Shown piece by piece: positions 38,626 through 51,400 of a DNA stretch of 64,000 nt. Below the pieces are notes generated by a model. It was not told the DNA's origin, did not search any database, and saw only the letters and a program-made list of their open reading frames with translations. Source of the stretch: Mobula hypostoma (lineage: Eukaryota); assembly GCF_963921235.1 (NCBI RefSeq), contig NC_086108.1:114516001-114580000 (forward strand), read 5' to 3'. Each line of letters begins with the position of its first letter. Position 1 is the first letter of the stretch. Both the position numbers and the translations under genes were made by a program.

Positions 38626-40468
38626 GGCTGCAACCTGCAGGCTCATTCTCAGGACTTGGCAACACTTATTTATGTTTTATTTGCACGCTGGTAGTTTGTC
38701 AGTCTTTGTTTGTGTCATTTTTCATAAATTCTATTGTATTTCTTTATTTTCCTGCAAATGCCTGCAAGAAACTGAATTCCAAGGTAGTATATGGTGTCAT
38801 ATAGGTACTTAGATAATAAGTTTACGTTGACGGGAGAACATATACATGCTCCTTACAGATAGAATCAGAATCAGAAACAGGTTAAATATCACTGGCATAT
38901 GCCATGAAATCTGTTGTTTTGTGGCAGTGGTACATGATAATACATAATAATAAAAAAATCTATCACTTACAATAAGAAATATATATAATTAAATTAAGTG
39001 AGTCATGCAAAAAGAGAGCAAACACAAAGCAGTGAGGTAGTGTTGATGTTTCAATGTCCATTCAGAAATGTGATGGCAGACGGGAAGAAGCTGTTCCTGA
39101 ATCGTTGGCTGTGTGTCTTCAGGCATCTGTACATCGTCCCTGTTGCATCAATGGGAACAGCAGAGTCAATTAGACCCCAATCGGTCTAACTGGTGCTGAA
39201 AGGCTTTACAGTCATCGCTACGCTGCTGTGCCAGTCATCTGTCCGCCCGACCGATGAAGTCAACGGCAGAGAAAAAAAAAGTTTAAAGAAGTTTGACACC
39301 AGCTTCTCTATCGATTTCCTAAAGGAGGCTGTAGATGAATTATTTGTCAGTGCACTGTGGGGAGGAATGGCTCTGATTGTGGGAAATGACTCTCTGATTG
39401 CAGAGGACATGAAGAGATCAGCTGATTTCAACTCCGGTCAGCGGGCAGCTCAAAAATCACAGCTGAATTTTTTTTAATCAAAGTATGTGCATGTTGCTAT
39501 ATACTAAACTTGAGATTAATTTTCTTACAAGCATTTATAGGAAAATAATAAAATACAATATAATTTATGAAATCTATACATAAATGAAGATCGACAAACA
39601 ACCAACGTGCAAAAGAAGACAAACTGTGCAAATAAAGACTGAATAATACTGAGAACATGAGTTGTAGAGTCATTGAGAGAGTCTGTAGGTTGTGGAATCA
39701 GTTCAGTGTTGAGGGGAGTGAAGTTATCCACACTGGTTCAGGAACCTGATGGTTGAGGGGTATAGTTCCTAATCCTAGTGGTGTGGGACCTAAGGCTCCT
39801 GTACTCTTCCCCCAAGATGGTTATGAGAAGAGAGCACGGCCAGGATGGAAGGGTCCTTGATGATGGATGCTGCTTTCTCCATGTAAGTATGGTCAGTTGT
39901 GGGGTTGGAGAGAGCTTTGTCTGTGATGACCTGTTCCATTCCTGAGCATTGGTGTTTCCATACCAGGTCTATACCATTGCCTTGCAAGTTGATAAGGTTG
40001 TCCAGAAGGCCTTTATTAGTCGGGGAAACACACACAAAATGCTGGAGGAACTCAACAGGCCAAGTAGCGTCTATGGAATAAAGTCCAGTCCTGCCGAAGG
40101 GTCTCGACATGAAATGTCAACTGTACTTTTTTTCCATAGATGTTGCCTGGCCTGCTGAGTTCCTCCAGCATTTAATGTGCGTTGCTTGGATTTCCAGCAT
40201 CTGCAGATTTTCTCTTATTTGTTTTATATTAGTCGGGGGATTAAATTCAAGAGCCACGAGGTAATGTTGCTGGTCTATAAAACGCTGGTTAGATCACACT
40301 TTTGTATTGTATTCAGTTCTTCTATTGACTTAATCTTGAATTGAATTGATTTTATTTCTTATATCCTTTACTTACGTGAGGAGTAAACATCTTTACATTA
40401 CGTCTCCATCCAAATGTGCAAAGTGTAATCATAGTAATTTATAATAATTTATAATAAATAGAGGGAAT

Positions 40469-43400
40469 TGTTAGGGCGCTGGAACAGGGATCCAATCGCA
40501 GAGCCAGTACTGTGCACACAGTGATATTAATTGAGTAACAAATCCCGAGGTGCAAACACAGTCGGTGTCAAAGTTCAGGCAGAGATCAAAACATCCAGAG
40601 AAATCCAAAAACCAGAATCGGGAAACAGGCAGAGCCGATATTCGGATGGACAGAGTACAGATAAGAATGCTGGAAAGGCTCAGGAAAATTCACTGACACA
40701 ATCTGACAACAAACAGGTGAAAACACAGGACTGAACTACACTGAGCAATAAACAGAGAGGCAGATGATACTTTATACTTTATTGTCGCCAAACAATTGAT
40801 ACTAGAATGTACAATCATCATAGCAATACTGTATTTGATTCTGCGCTTCCCGCTCCCTGGATTAGAAATCAATAGTAAATATTAAAAAAATTAAATTATA
40901 GATCATAAATAGAAAATAGAAAAATGGAAAGTAAGGTAGTGCAAAAAAGCCGAGAGGCAGGTCAGGATATTTGGAGGGCACGGCCTAGATCCAGGTCAGG
41001 AACCGTTCAGCAGTCTTATCACAGTTGGAAAGAAGCTGTTCCCAAATCTGGCCATACGACTCTTCAAGCTCCTGAACCTTCTCCCGGAGGAAAGAGGGAC
41101 GAAAAGTGTGTTGGCTGGATGGGTCGTGTCCTTGATTATCCTGGCAGCACTGCTCCGACAGCGTGTGGTGTAAAGTGAGTCCACGGACGGAAGATTGGTT
41201 TGTGTAATGTGCTGCACCGTGTTCACGATCTTCTGCAGCTTCTTCTGGTCTTGGACAAGACAACTTTCATACCAGGTTGTGATGCACCCTAGAAGAATGC
41301 TTTCTATGGTGCATCTCTAAAAATTAGTGAAGGTTTTAGAGGACAGGCCAAATTTCTTTAGTTTTCTCGGAAGTAAAGGCGCTGGTGGGCCTTCTTGGCA
41401 GTGAACTCTGCTTGGTTGGACCAAGTCAGGTCATTTGTGATATTGACCCCGAGGAACTTAAAGCTTTTGACCTGTTCCACTTGCGCACCACCGATGTAAA
41501 TGGGGTCGTGCAGTCCGCTACTCCTTCTGAAGTCAACAACCAATTCCTTCGTCTTGCTGACGTTGAGGGATAGGTTATTGTCTTCGCACCGTTCCACCTG
41601 GTTCTTAATTTCCTCTCTGTACTCAAACTCATCATTACCCGAGATACGGCCTACAATTGTGTCATCAGCAAACTTATATATTGAGTTTGATGGAAACTTG
41701 GCTACACAATCATGGGTGTACAGTGAGTACAGCAGGTGGCTGAGTACACAGCCTTGTGGGGCACCAGTGCTCAGAGTAAATGTAGAGGAGAGCTTGTCCC
41801 CTATTTTTATAGCCTGGGTCCTGTCTGTGAGGAAGTTGAAGATCCAGCTGCAGATCTGAGTGCTGAGGCCCAGGTTCCGGAGCTTAGGAATCAGTTTATC
41901 TGGAATGATGGTATTAAAGGCAGAGCTGTAGTCAATGAAAAGGAGCCTTATGTATGCATCTTTATTCTCCAGGTGTACTAAGGAGGAATGTAGGGCCAGA
42001 GAGATGGCATCTGCTGTTGACCTGTTGCTCCGGTAGGTGAATTGCAAAGCGTCGAGGTTGACCGGTAGGCTGTGGTTGATGTGTGCCATAACCAATCTCT
42101 CGAAGCACTTCATAGCAATTGATGTCAGAGCCACAGGTCGATAGTCATTCAGGCATGCCACCTTGCTGTTCTTCGGCACTGGGATTATCATTGCCTTCTT
42201 AAAACACGAGGGGATCTTAGACTGAAGCAAGGAGCAGTTGAAGATGTCAGCAAACACTCCAGCTAACTCGCTTGCACAGGTCTGGAGAACCCGTCCCAGG
42301 GCGCCATCTGGGCCCGTCGCCTTCCTTGGATTTATCTTCAGGAAGGTCCTGCTAACGTGCTCCTCGGTGACGATGAATCTCGATACCACCAGGTCCGGTT
42401 CATCCGGAGGGAGCGGGACACTCCTCTTCTGTTCGAATCTTGCGTAGAATACGTTAAGTCCGTCAGGAAGAGAAGCGCTACAGTTATTGATACTCCCAGC
42501 CTTTTCTTTGCGCCCAGTGATCTCATTTAGACCCTACCATAGTCTACTGGCATCCCTCTGGTTAGCCTGGGCTTCCAACTTGGCTCAATATTGCCTCTTG
42601 GCTCCCTTAATGGCTTTCCGGAGTTCACGCCCGGATTCCGTGTAGCGACTGGTATCCCCAGACCTAAAAGCTGCAGCTCTAGCCTTTAAAAGGGACTTGA
42701 CCTCATAGTTCATCCCAGGTTTCTGGTTAGGGAATACCCGGATCGTCTTGTGAGACACACAGTCCTCTGTGCATTCCCTGATAAAGTCCGTGACAGCTGA
42801 GGCATACTCATCGAGGTTAGCTACCAGTCCACCGATTCAAAGCAGTCACAGAGGACCTCATCCGTTTCCTCCGTCCAACGCGACACTATTTTTGACACCC
42901 TGACCTCCCGCTTCAGTTTCTGTTTGTAAGCCGGGAGGAGGAGTACGGCCTGATGGTCCTATTCTCCAAAGTGAGGTCATGGGACGGAACGGTGGGCATC
43001 CTTGACTGCTGTGTAGCAGTGGTCAAGTATATTCGGGCCTCTAGTGGGGCAGGAGTCATGTTGGTATAACTTTGGCAGCGCCTTTCTGAGGTTGGCCTGG
43101 TTAAAGTCCCCGGCTGTAATGAGCAAAGCCTCTGGATACCTGGTCTCAAGTTCACTGATGTTGGCATACAGTATGTTCAGAGCATACTCCACGTCCGCCT
43201 GGGGGGGAATGTAGACCACTGTCAGTATGACCGAGGTGAATTTCCGTGGCAGATAGTAGGGACGACACTTCACCGACAGGTGTTCCAGGTCCGGGCTGCA
43301 GGAGCTGGTCATTGCCACTGTGTCCGAGCACCACGCAGTGTTGATCAGTAGGCAGACACCACCTCCCCTCATCTTGCCCGAAGATGCCGCGCGGTCCATC

Positions 43401-43770
43401 CGATAGATCGAAAATCCCTCTGGTCGGATGGCACAGTCAGGGGAGGCAGGGGAGAGCCAGGTCTCGGTGAAACAGAATACACAGCAGTTCTGCATCTCCC
43501 TGCAGTAGGTGAGTCCACCTTGTTCTCTATGGCTTGCACATTAGCTAGTAGGATGGTGGGCATAGGGACCCCGATAGGTGGAGCACAATGAGACACAGGT
43601 GGCAGCAAAACAGGTAATAATGAGAAATAGGTGAGAGGTGGAGTACTCAGTAATACAGGCGCCGGAGTAGAGCAGGAGTGGGGACAGGAGCACCTGGCAA
43701 TACAAAACCACAGACTGACAGCTCGGGGAAAAACACACAAAAAGACAAAGTTTAACTGGAGGTACTGACA
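40469..43770. mobile_element. Solo LTR-like element (40469-40768 plus 43573-43770) split by a Rex1/Babar LINE
   Basis: Starts TGTTAG, ends CTGACA. Flanked by GGAAT (40464-40468) and GGAGT (43771-43775), a 5-bp TSD with one mismatch. Confidence 0.65.
40769..43572 (-). mobile_element. Rex1/Babar-type LINE, 5'-truncated, APE plus RT, frameshifted
   Basis: ORF 42977-43495 (CFTETWL, RGGGVC, VYIPP, AGDFN, LDHCY) and ORF 41358-42389 (LFIDYSSAFNTI, GAPQGCVLS, YTHDC, KFADDT, FKFLG). (TAAAGTA)n tail, GATA at both junctions. Confidence 0.9.
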
Positions 43771-43775
43771 GGAGT

Positions 43776-44110
43776 ACATCGGGTCTCACTGATGTACAGG
43801 AGGCCACACTGGGAACACCAGACACAATATATAACTCCAACAGACTCAGGTGAAGTGTCGCCTCACCTGGAAGGACTGCTTGGGGCCCTGGGTGGTAGTG
43901 AGGGAGGAGGTGTAGGGGCAGGTGTAGCACTTGTTCCACTTTCAAGGATAAGTGCCAGGAGGGAGATCAGTGGAGAGGGATGAATTGACAAGGGAGTCAA
44001 GTATGAAGTGATCCCTGCTGAAGGGGGAAAATGGGGGGGGGTGGGGGGGACGATGTGCTTGGTGGTGGGATCCTGTTGAAGATGGTGGAAGTTACAGGGA
44101 ATTATGTCCT
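43776..44110 (-). mobile_element. Penelope GIY-YIG region fragment
   Basis: Minus strand reads CYTCPYTSSLTTTQGPKQSFQVRRHFT and is homologous to 1560-1745. Confidence 0.75.
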
Positions 44111-44789
44111 TTGGAGATGGCAGCAGTTACAGGAATTTGTGTCCCTTCGGGAAAGGCGGAAGTTCTAAGCATGATGTTGTCACCAGAATCATGGCGAGTT
44201 GCGGAACGCCCTCAGCACATCATCGGGCTGTGTTGGTCGTTGATGTAAACAATGCATTTCACTGTATGCTTTAATGTTTTGATGTACCATGTGACAAATA
44301 ACTTATTTACTGCCCGTTAGGCCACTGGCATTTAGGGCAGTAATGAGGGTCCTCCATCTCCAGTGGTGTGCAGGGCTTCCTTCGTCAGATCAGTAGCTTC
44401 CTCTTGGTTTTTACTACTGTCAGTCATACAAGTCCTGGGTGGGGACTCAGTAATACCATCACGTGCAGATGTAGAAGGACTCTCCATTGCTCTTTCCATA
44501 ACAGTTTTGTTTGGCCAGTCAGGGTGTTAGCCCTGAGCTGACTGCAGCCCCCCCCAACCTGGAGGGCCAGTGGATCACTCTCAGTCTGGCCTCTACACTT
44601 TGACCTGTCTGGGATGGGTGACCCAATCAAGAGCCGAAACGTGAAGTCCTGACTCCAGCCAACATCCCTCTCCAGGACACTGAGGCAGTCAAGCCTCGAA
44701 ACCAGGACAAGGCTGTGGGGTCCTCTTGCAGGCGTGATACATAAAGGTAATATTTCATTATTATCTCTATTTCTTTCGGGCTGGTGTGA

Positions 44790-44906
44790 ATCTGTGTGTG
44801 TGAGTGTGAAAATGTGTCTGTATGAGTGTGAGTGAGTGTGTGTATGAGTGTGCATGTGTGTGAGTGTGCATGTGTGTGTGTGCATGTGTGTGTGTGTGTG
44901 TGTGTG
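44790..44906. repeat. Imperfect (TG)n microsatellite
   Basis: Directly visible. Confidence 0.9.
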
Positions 44907-45547
44907 AAGGGCACACCAGCAAATCACACCTTGAGCATGAACTCACACCAAAGGAATGAGTGCAGGTTGGGGGTTGGGTGTTAGGTCGGCACGGAGCGGG
45001 GAGTGAGATCATGCTGGGGGAGCAGTGGGCTCAAGGCCATGGGCTGCACAAACAGGAAGCCCACCAGCTGTCCAGTGGGCCCCACGTTGAGAGGCTGTAC
45101 CTAATGCCCCACTAGGCACCGGACATCATGTCAGGCTGACACTCCCCTCCTTTCCCCTTCACCCTCCCCTCTTCTCTACCTCACCACCACACCCAGTCCC
45201 CTGGCCGTCACCTCCAGCTCCACTCCCCTCCCTATCCCTCACACCCCATTTCTCCCTTTCCCATCTCTCAATACTCCTCTCCTCCATATTCCTCTCCTCC
45301 GCTCTCCTGCCCGCACCATCCCTTTCAATTCCTTCCATCCACACCCATTCAGACATGGAACAGGACAGCAGAGGGACAGCCACTTCGGCCCACAACATTG
45401 CAGCTTGTCCACTAATTAAACTCCCAACTAAACTAATCCTTTCTGCAGGCACAGTGTCCACATTCTTCCATTCCCTTTACATTCATGGGCTGACCTAACA
45501 CCATTTTAAACACGTATATCATAGACAGTGTAACATTTCCACAGTAA

Positions 45548-46400
45548 TCCCTCCCACAGTGTGACTCTCCCTCAGTACCACCCCTCCCACAGTACCATCC
45601 CTCCCACAGTGTGACCCTCCCTCAGTACCACCCCTCCCACAGTGTGACCCTCCCTCAGTACCACCCCTCCTACAGTGTGATCCTCCCTCAGTACCACCCC
45701 TCCCACAGTGTGACTCTCCCTCAGTACCGCCCCTCCCACAGTGTGACTCTCCCTCAGTACCACCCCTCCCACAGTGTGACCCTCCCTCAGTACCATCCCT
45801 CCCACAGTGTGACCCTCCCTCAGTACCACCCCTCCCACAGTGTGACCCTCCCTCAGTACCGCCCCTCCCACAGTGTGACCCTCCCTCAGTACCACCCTCC
45901 CACAGTGTGACGCTCCCTCAGTACCACCCCTCCCACAGTGTGACCCTCCCTCAGTACCACCCTCCCACAGTGTGACTCTCCCTCAGTACCACCCCTCCCA
46001 CAGTGTGACTCTCCCTCAGTACCACCCCTCCCACAGTGTGACCCTCTCTCAGTACCACCCCTCCCACAGTGTGACTCTCCCTCAGTACCACCCCTCCCAC
46101 AGTGTGACTCTCCCTCAGTACCACCCCTCCCACAGTGTGACCTTCCCTCAGTACCACCCCTCCCACAGTGTGACTCTCCCTCAGTACCACCCCTCCCACA
46201 GTGTGACCCTCCCTCAGTACCGCCCCTCCCACAGTGTGACTCTCCCTCAGTACCACCCCTCCCACAGTGTGACTCTCCCAGTCCCACCTCCTCCTACAGT
46301 GTGACCCTCCCTCAATACCAGCCCCTCCCACAGTGTGACTCTCCCTCAGTACCACCCCTCTCACAGAGTGACCCCCCCCCCTCAGTACCACCCCTCCCAC
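45548..46400. repeat. 33-bp minisatellite CCTCCCACAGTGTGACCCTCCCTCAGTACCACC (~25 copies)
   Basis: Direct tandem repeats. Explains the ORFs with 11-aa periodicity (VTLPQYHPSHS). Confidence 0.95.
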
Positions 46401-47235
46401 CAGACTGCGCACCATAATTGCGTGCAGATGCAGAGAATCATGAGCTGCATTTGGACATGTAAAGATTTGGGGAGACTTTACCCGGTCTCCAGCTGCCCAA
46501 GAGGCTGAAAACACTGGGAATGGCAGACTTCCCTGAGATAATGGTTTCCTGGTGGGAATCAACTCTGTCCCAAATCCACTGGGAACAAGTAATGTTAGGA
46601 CCTGGAAGGAGCTGGATTTCTCTGGAGAGGGTGGTGAATGTTCACGCCACCCCACTCTTTCCCCATCCTTTCACGTCGAAATCAGACTCAGCTGGAAAAG
46701 ACTCAAATGAACAAAATAATAGCCGGCACTTCACAATCAAGCAAGTGCTCTCTACTTTGCAATTTGAGCGTTTGCGTTGATTGCTGAAGGAGCTGCCTTA
46801 TTCTGATCTTTTAAATAAGTATTCATTTAACAAAACATCCTCATCATTATGATAACAATTTTAAGACTAATTCTACTCATTTAAGATGGGGGTTGGTTGA
46901 GTGGAGTTTGCCAGACATTCATTTAGGGGACACTTGATGTGATTATTGCAACGATTTAACTGTTGAAGCATTAATTTCAAATCTGAAGTGGAGGTTGAGG
47001 AATGAGCTATCCTGTAAGGAGGGACTTCACTCTCTTTGGAACAAAGGAATGAAGCAAGACTTGCTTATTCCATTGCTCCTGACCACCACAGGCTTTGCAC
47101 CTTCCACGACCCAGGATTCTATCAGTTCACTGTCGTACAGCACAGAATCAGACCCTTCAGCCCAGCTTTTCTGTGCTCATCAAGATGCCCCATTTTACCT
47201 CGTCCCTTTTGCCTGCATTTGGATCTTATTCCTCT

Positions 47236-47695
47236 AAACCTTTCCTATCCACGTACCTGTCTAAACCTTTCCTATCCCCATACCTGCCCAAACCTTTCCT
47301 ATCCCCATACCTGTCTAAACCTTTCCTATCCCCATACCTGTCTAAACCTTTCCTATTCCCATACCTGCCCAAACCTTTCCTATCCCCATCCCTGTCTAAA
47401 CCTTTCCTATCCCCATACCTGTCTAAACCTTTCCTATTCCCATACCTGTCCAAACCTTTCCTATCCATTTACCTGTTCAAACCTTTCCTATCCCCATACC
47501 TGTCTAAACCTTTCCTATCCCCATACCTGTCCAAACCTTTCCTATCCCCATACCTGTCCAAACCTTTCCTATCCATTTACCTGTTCAAACCTTTCCTATC
47601 CCCATACCTGTCTAGACCTTTCCTATCCCCATACCTGTCCAAACCTTTCCTATCCCCATACCTGTCTAAATCTTTCCTATCCATGTACCTGAGCA
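47236..47695. repeat. 27-bp minisatellite AAACCTTTCCTATCCCCATACCTGTCT (~17 copies) derived from a CR1 3' end
   Basis: Tandem units encode DRYGDRKGL on the minus strand, matching the CR1 ORF2 end DRYMDRKG. CR1 sequence flanks both sides. Confidence 0.92.
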
Positions 47696-47725
47696 AGTAT
47701 CTTTTAAATGTTGTTTATGTACCTG

Positions 47726-49680
47726 TGAGACAAGACATGGGGGAACTTCCTAGTATGAAGGAGGTCCATGATGCCATCCGGAGCCGAGAAACAACAAAGC
47801 CACTGGTCCTGACAGGGTTCCAGCAGAGATCCTAGTGATGGCGGACCAGCACTCCCGCACCACAAACGCTCCCTGCTCTAGAAGGTCTGGGAAAGGGAAC
47901 AACTCTCAGAGCTCTAAGTTCAAAGTTCAAAGTAAATTTATAATCAATGTACATATATGTCACCCCTTATTCAGAACAACCCTGAGATTCATTTTCTTGC
48001 AGGCATACTGGTAAATCCAAGAAGCATAATAGAATAAATTAAAGGTCACAGCCCACTCGATAGACAAACAACTGATGTGCAAAAGACAACAAATTGTGCA
48101 ACTGCAAAATAAAAAATAATAAATAACTGAGCAATAAACGTTGAAAACATGAGATGATAAGCCCTTGAACGTGAACAGTGACCGTGTTGAAGAAAGGAGA
48201 CCATGTGGATTTTGGTGATTACAGAGTCACCTCCCCCCTGTCAAAAACAGGCAAAGTGCTTGCACATAATCTTGTCAGCTGACTCCTGCTGTCTGAAGGA
48301 ATACTCCCTGAAACACAGTGTGGTTTCCACCCATGTAGAGGTACCGTGAACAAAGATAACCCTTGTGCTTGGTTTTCAAAGATTTAACAAAGGCATTTGA
48401 TACAGTAGACCAGCAAGCTGTCTGGTGTATGCTACCATTCATGGCTGTGCTGAGAAGTACTGACAAAAACGGAGGCGACTGCATAATGGCATGACACCCA
48501 CAGCACTCAGCGAAGGGGACAGTAAATCAGAACCCTTCACTGACAGGACAGGGCTGCATCATTGTGCCTGCCCTACTTGCCATCTTTATTGATGCCATCC
48601 TTCACCTCACTGGCAAAGATCTGCCACAGGAGAAGCCGATCGTGTATAAAATGGACAACAGGTTTTCAACCTCAACCGGTTCAAAACCAAGAACAAGGTC
48701 AGTGCCACCACTATCACAGAGCCTCGGTACGTGAATGACAATACCAGTACAGCAAACTCTAAAGAAGACCTCCAATGTATCCTGAATGCCTTTGCCAAAG
48801 CATAGAGAGTCCTAGGTCTAGTTTTGAATATAAAAAGACACAGGTCCTATTAAACCACCACCACCTAATCAGACATTTATCCAATTCTCCATAAATGCTG
48901 GCGACATTGCTCTTGAAAATGTCGACCACCTTCTCTACCTGGGCAACATTCTCTCCTCAAAACCAGACATCAATAAAGATCAGCCACAATCATATTAGTG
49001 ATAGCGAAGCCTGTACAAGATTCAGGAAAAAGAGTTTTTGAAGACCATGGCTTACAAGTCCAAACAAAACTTCTGGTCAGTAGAGCAGTCATCCTTCCTA
49101 CATTACTGTATGGGGCTAAATCACAGACCACCTACAGCAGACACCAAAAAACCCTGGAACAGTTCCAACAAAGAGCCTTATGAATGATTTTCAAGATCAT
49201 CTGGAAGGACAGACACACTAACTGGAAGAGGCCACATGAACAGCATCTCCACCACGATAAAACAACACCAACTCCGATGAATAGATTATATCATCTGGAT
49301 GCCTAAATGACATCTCCCCAAACAGACCCTTTACTCCCAGTTGTAGGTCGACCAGCGAGCATCTGGTGGGCAAAGAAAACGTTTCAAAGATAAGATCAAA
49401 ATCAGCCGGAAGAAATTCAACATGACATCTAAAAACTGGGACGACATGGCACTCAACAGATACACCTGGAGAAACCTGTTCAAGAGGGAGCTGCGCTACA
49501 TGAGACCAACTTCCACTATGCCGCAGAGAACAAGTGGCAGCTGTGAAAGGAGAGGCCAAACAACCAAAAGACCCAACCACTAATCACAACCACCACTTAC
49601 TCTTGCAAACACTGCACCAGAACATGTGGATCCCGGATTGGCCACCTGCGGACCCCCTACGAGAACGTCACATTCAACTT
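47726..49680 (+). mobile_element. Degraded RTE-clade LINE, with an unrelated retroelement 3' end inserted at ~47915-48175
   Basis: Motifs LPSMKEVHDAI, LPETQCGF, DLTKAFDTVD, YLGNILS, RAVILPTLLYG, PKQTLYSQL, GGQRKRFKD. Confidence 0.82.
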
Positions 49681-50366
49681 CATGTTCCTGCCTCTGGCTG
49701 CTTGTTCCATTTGCTGACCACCCTTTGCATAAAAATGTTGCCCCTCAAGTTCTTTTGAAGATTAGTTTTATTTGTCACATGTACATCAAAACATACAGTG
49801 AAATGAGTCAATGCCCAACACAGTCTGAGGGTGTGCTGGGCAGCCTGTGCCACCTTGCTTCCGGTGCCTACATAGCACGGTGACATTAAACCTCTTAAAT
49901 CTTATTAAGTTTCTCCCCTCTCATCTTAAACCTTTTGTCATCTGGTTCTTGATTCCCCAACCCCAAGGGACAGACTGTGTGTATTCATCCTGTCTGTGCC
50001 TCTCATGACTTTACATGTCTCTATAAGGTAATCTCCCGAGTTCAATACAAATCCAATCTTCTGCCTCTACAGACGCTGCTGGGCCCGCTGAGTTCTTCCA
50101 GCATCTTATCTGACCAAAGAATAATGATGTTTAGTAACATTCAGAAGGTGGGGGGTGATTACCTGAAGTCTTTAAGAAACAGGCAATTTAGGCAGTGGAC
50201 CAAGGAATTGGCATGAATGGGCACTTGATGGTTCAGACTGATACTGTGGGCTGAAGGGCAAGTTGTCCATGATGTTCCCTTTGATCCTGTGGGAGTAGAT
50301 GGGGTCAATGGTGTAAAACTGCTGATGCTGGTCAGTGAGAGAGGAGATGGTCTAAGTGTCCTGTCA

Positions 50367-50444
50367 ACACTCACAATACGCTGGAGGAACTCAGCAGGTT
50401 GGGCAGCATCCGTGGAAAAGATCAGTCGACGTTTCGGGCCGGAA
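50367..50444 (-). mobile_element. 78-bp Penelope 3' terminal insertion with 15-bp TSD and half a hammerhead
   Basis: CTAAGTGTCCTGTCA at 50352-50366 and 50445-50459. The insert on the minus strand is ttccggcccGAAAcgtcgact...cctccagcgtattgtgagtgt. Confidence 0.85.
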
Positions 50445-50854
50445 CTAAGTGTCCTGTCATCTCTTCCCATTCTGGGAACATTTTGGGACCTGAATGGCCC
50501 TTCTAGCTGAAGCAGTAATTCACTTACACTTCATCCAGTCCAGTGATCGGCCCTTCATATTCACGATGACCGCTCTACATCACTCTGTGGAGAACCTGCC
50601 TAAGCCTACAGGAGCGACCGTCTTCAAATACCATCACAAAATAGGCATGACTGTGCTTCTTACAGAACACAGAAGAGATTCTGTAGCTGCTGGAAATCCA
50701 GAGCAACACACACAGGAACTCAGCAGGTCAAGCAGCATCGAGGAATAAATAGCCAATGTCTTGGGCCAAGTCCTGATGAAGATGTTGACTGTTAATTCTT
50801 CTCCGTAGATGCTGCCTGACCATCGTTCCTCCAATATTTTGTGTGTATGACAAC

Positions 50855-51400
50855 ACCTCTACTTTCTTAGAAGTTTGCATAGATTTAGCACGTCACCAAA
50901 AAAAACTTTGATAATATTCCATTGATGCACAGTGGAGAGTATCCTGCCTGGTTGCATCATGTCCTGGAACGGAAACACCAACATCTAGGAACAGAAAAAA
51001 GACAACAAAAATTACTGGATAACAGCCCAGTCCATCACAGGTAAAGCCCTCTCCACTGTTGAGCACATTTACAAGGAACGATGACACAAGGAAGCAACGT
51101 CCATCAGCAAGGACCCCTACCATCCAGGCCATACTCTCTTCTCACTGTTATCGTTGGGCGAGATGTACAGGAGCATTAAATACCCTACCAGGAACAGTTA
51201 TTACCCTATAACTACCAGGGTCCTGAACTGGCACAGATAACTTTACTCACCTCAACTCTGAACTGATTCTATCACCTACAGGCTCACCACGTTCTTCGTA
51301 TTATTTCTTTGATTTGCATAGTTTGTCTTCTTTTGTACATTGGTTGTTTGTCAGTCTTTGTTTATGTATATTTTTTCATAAATTATATTGTATTTCTTTT
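50855..51400 (+). mobile_element. Rex1/Babar-like LINE 3' fragment
   Basis: VESILPGCIMSWNGN-type motif and aaggaccc...catccaggccatactctcttctc. Confidence 0.65.

Noticed and set aside
45572..47835. Long repetitive ORFs (99-246 aa)
   Set aside because: Artefacts of 33-bp and 27-bp tandem repeats whose unit length is a multiple of 3.
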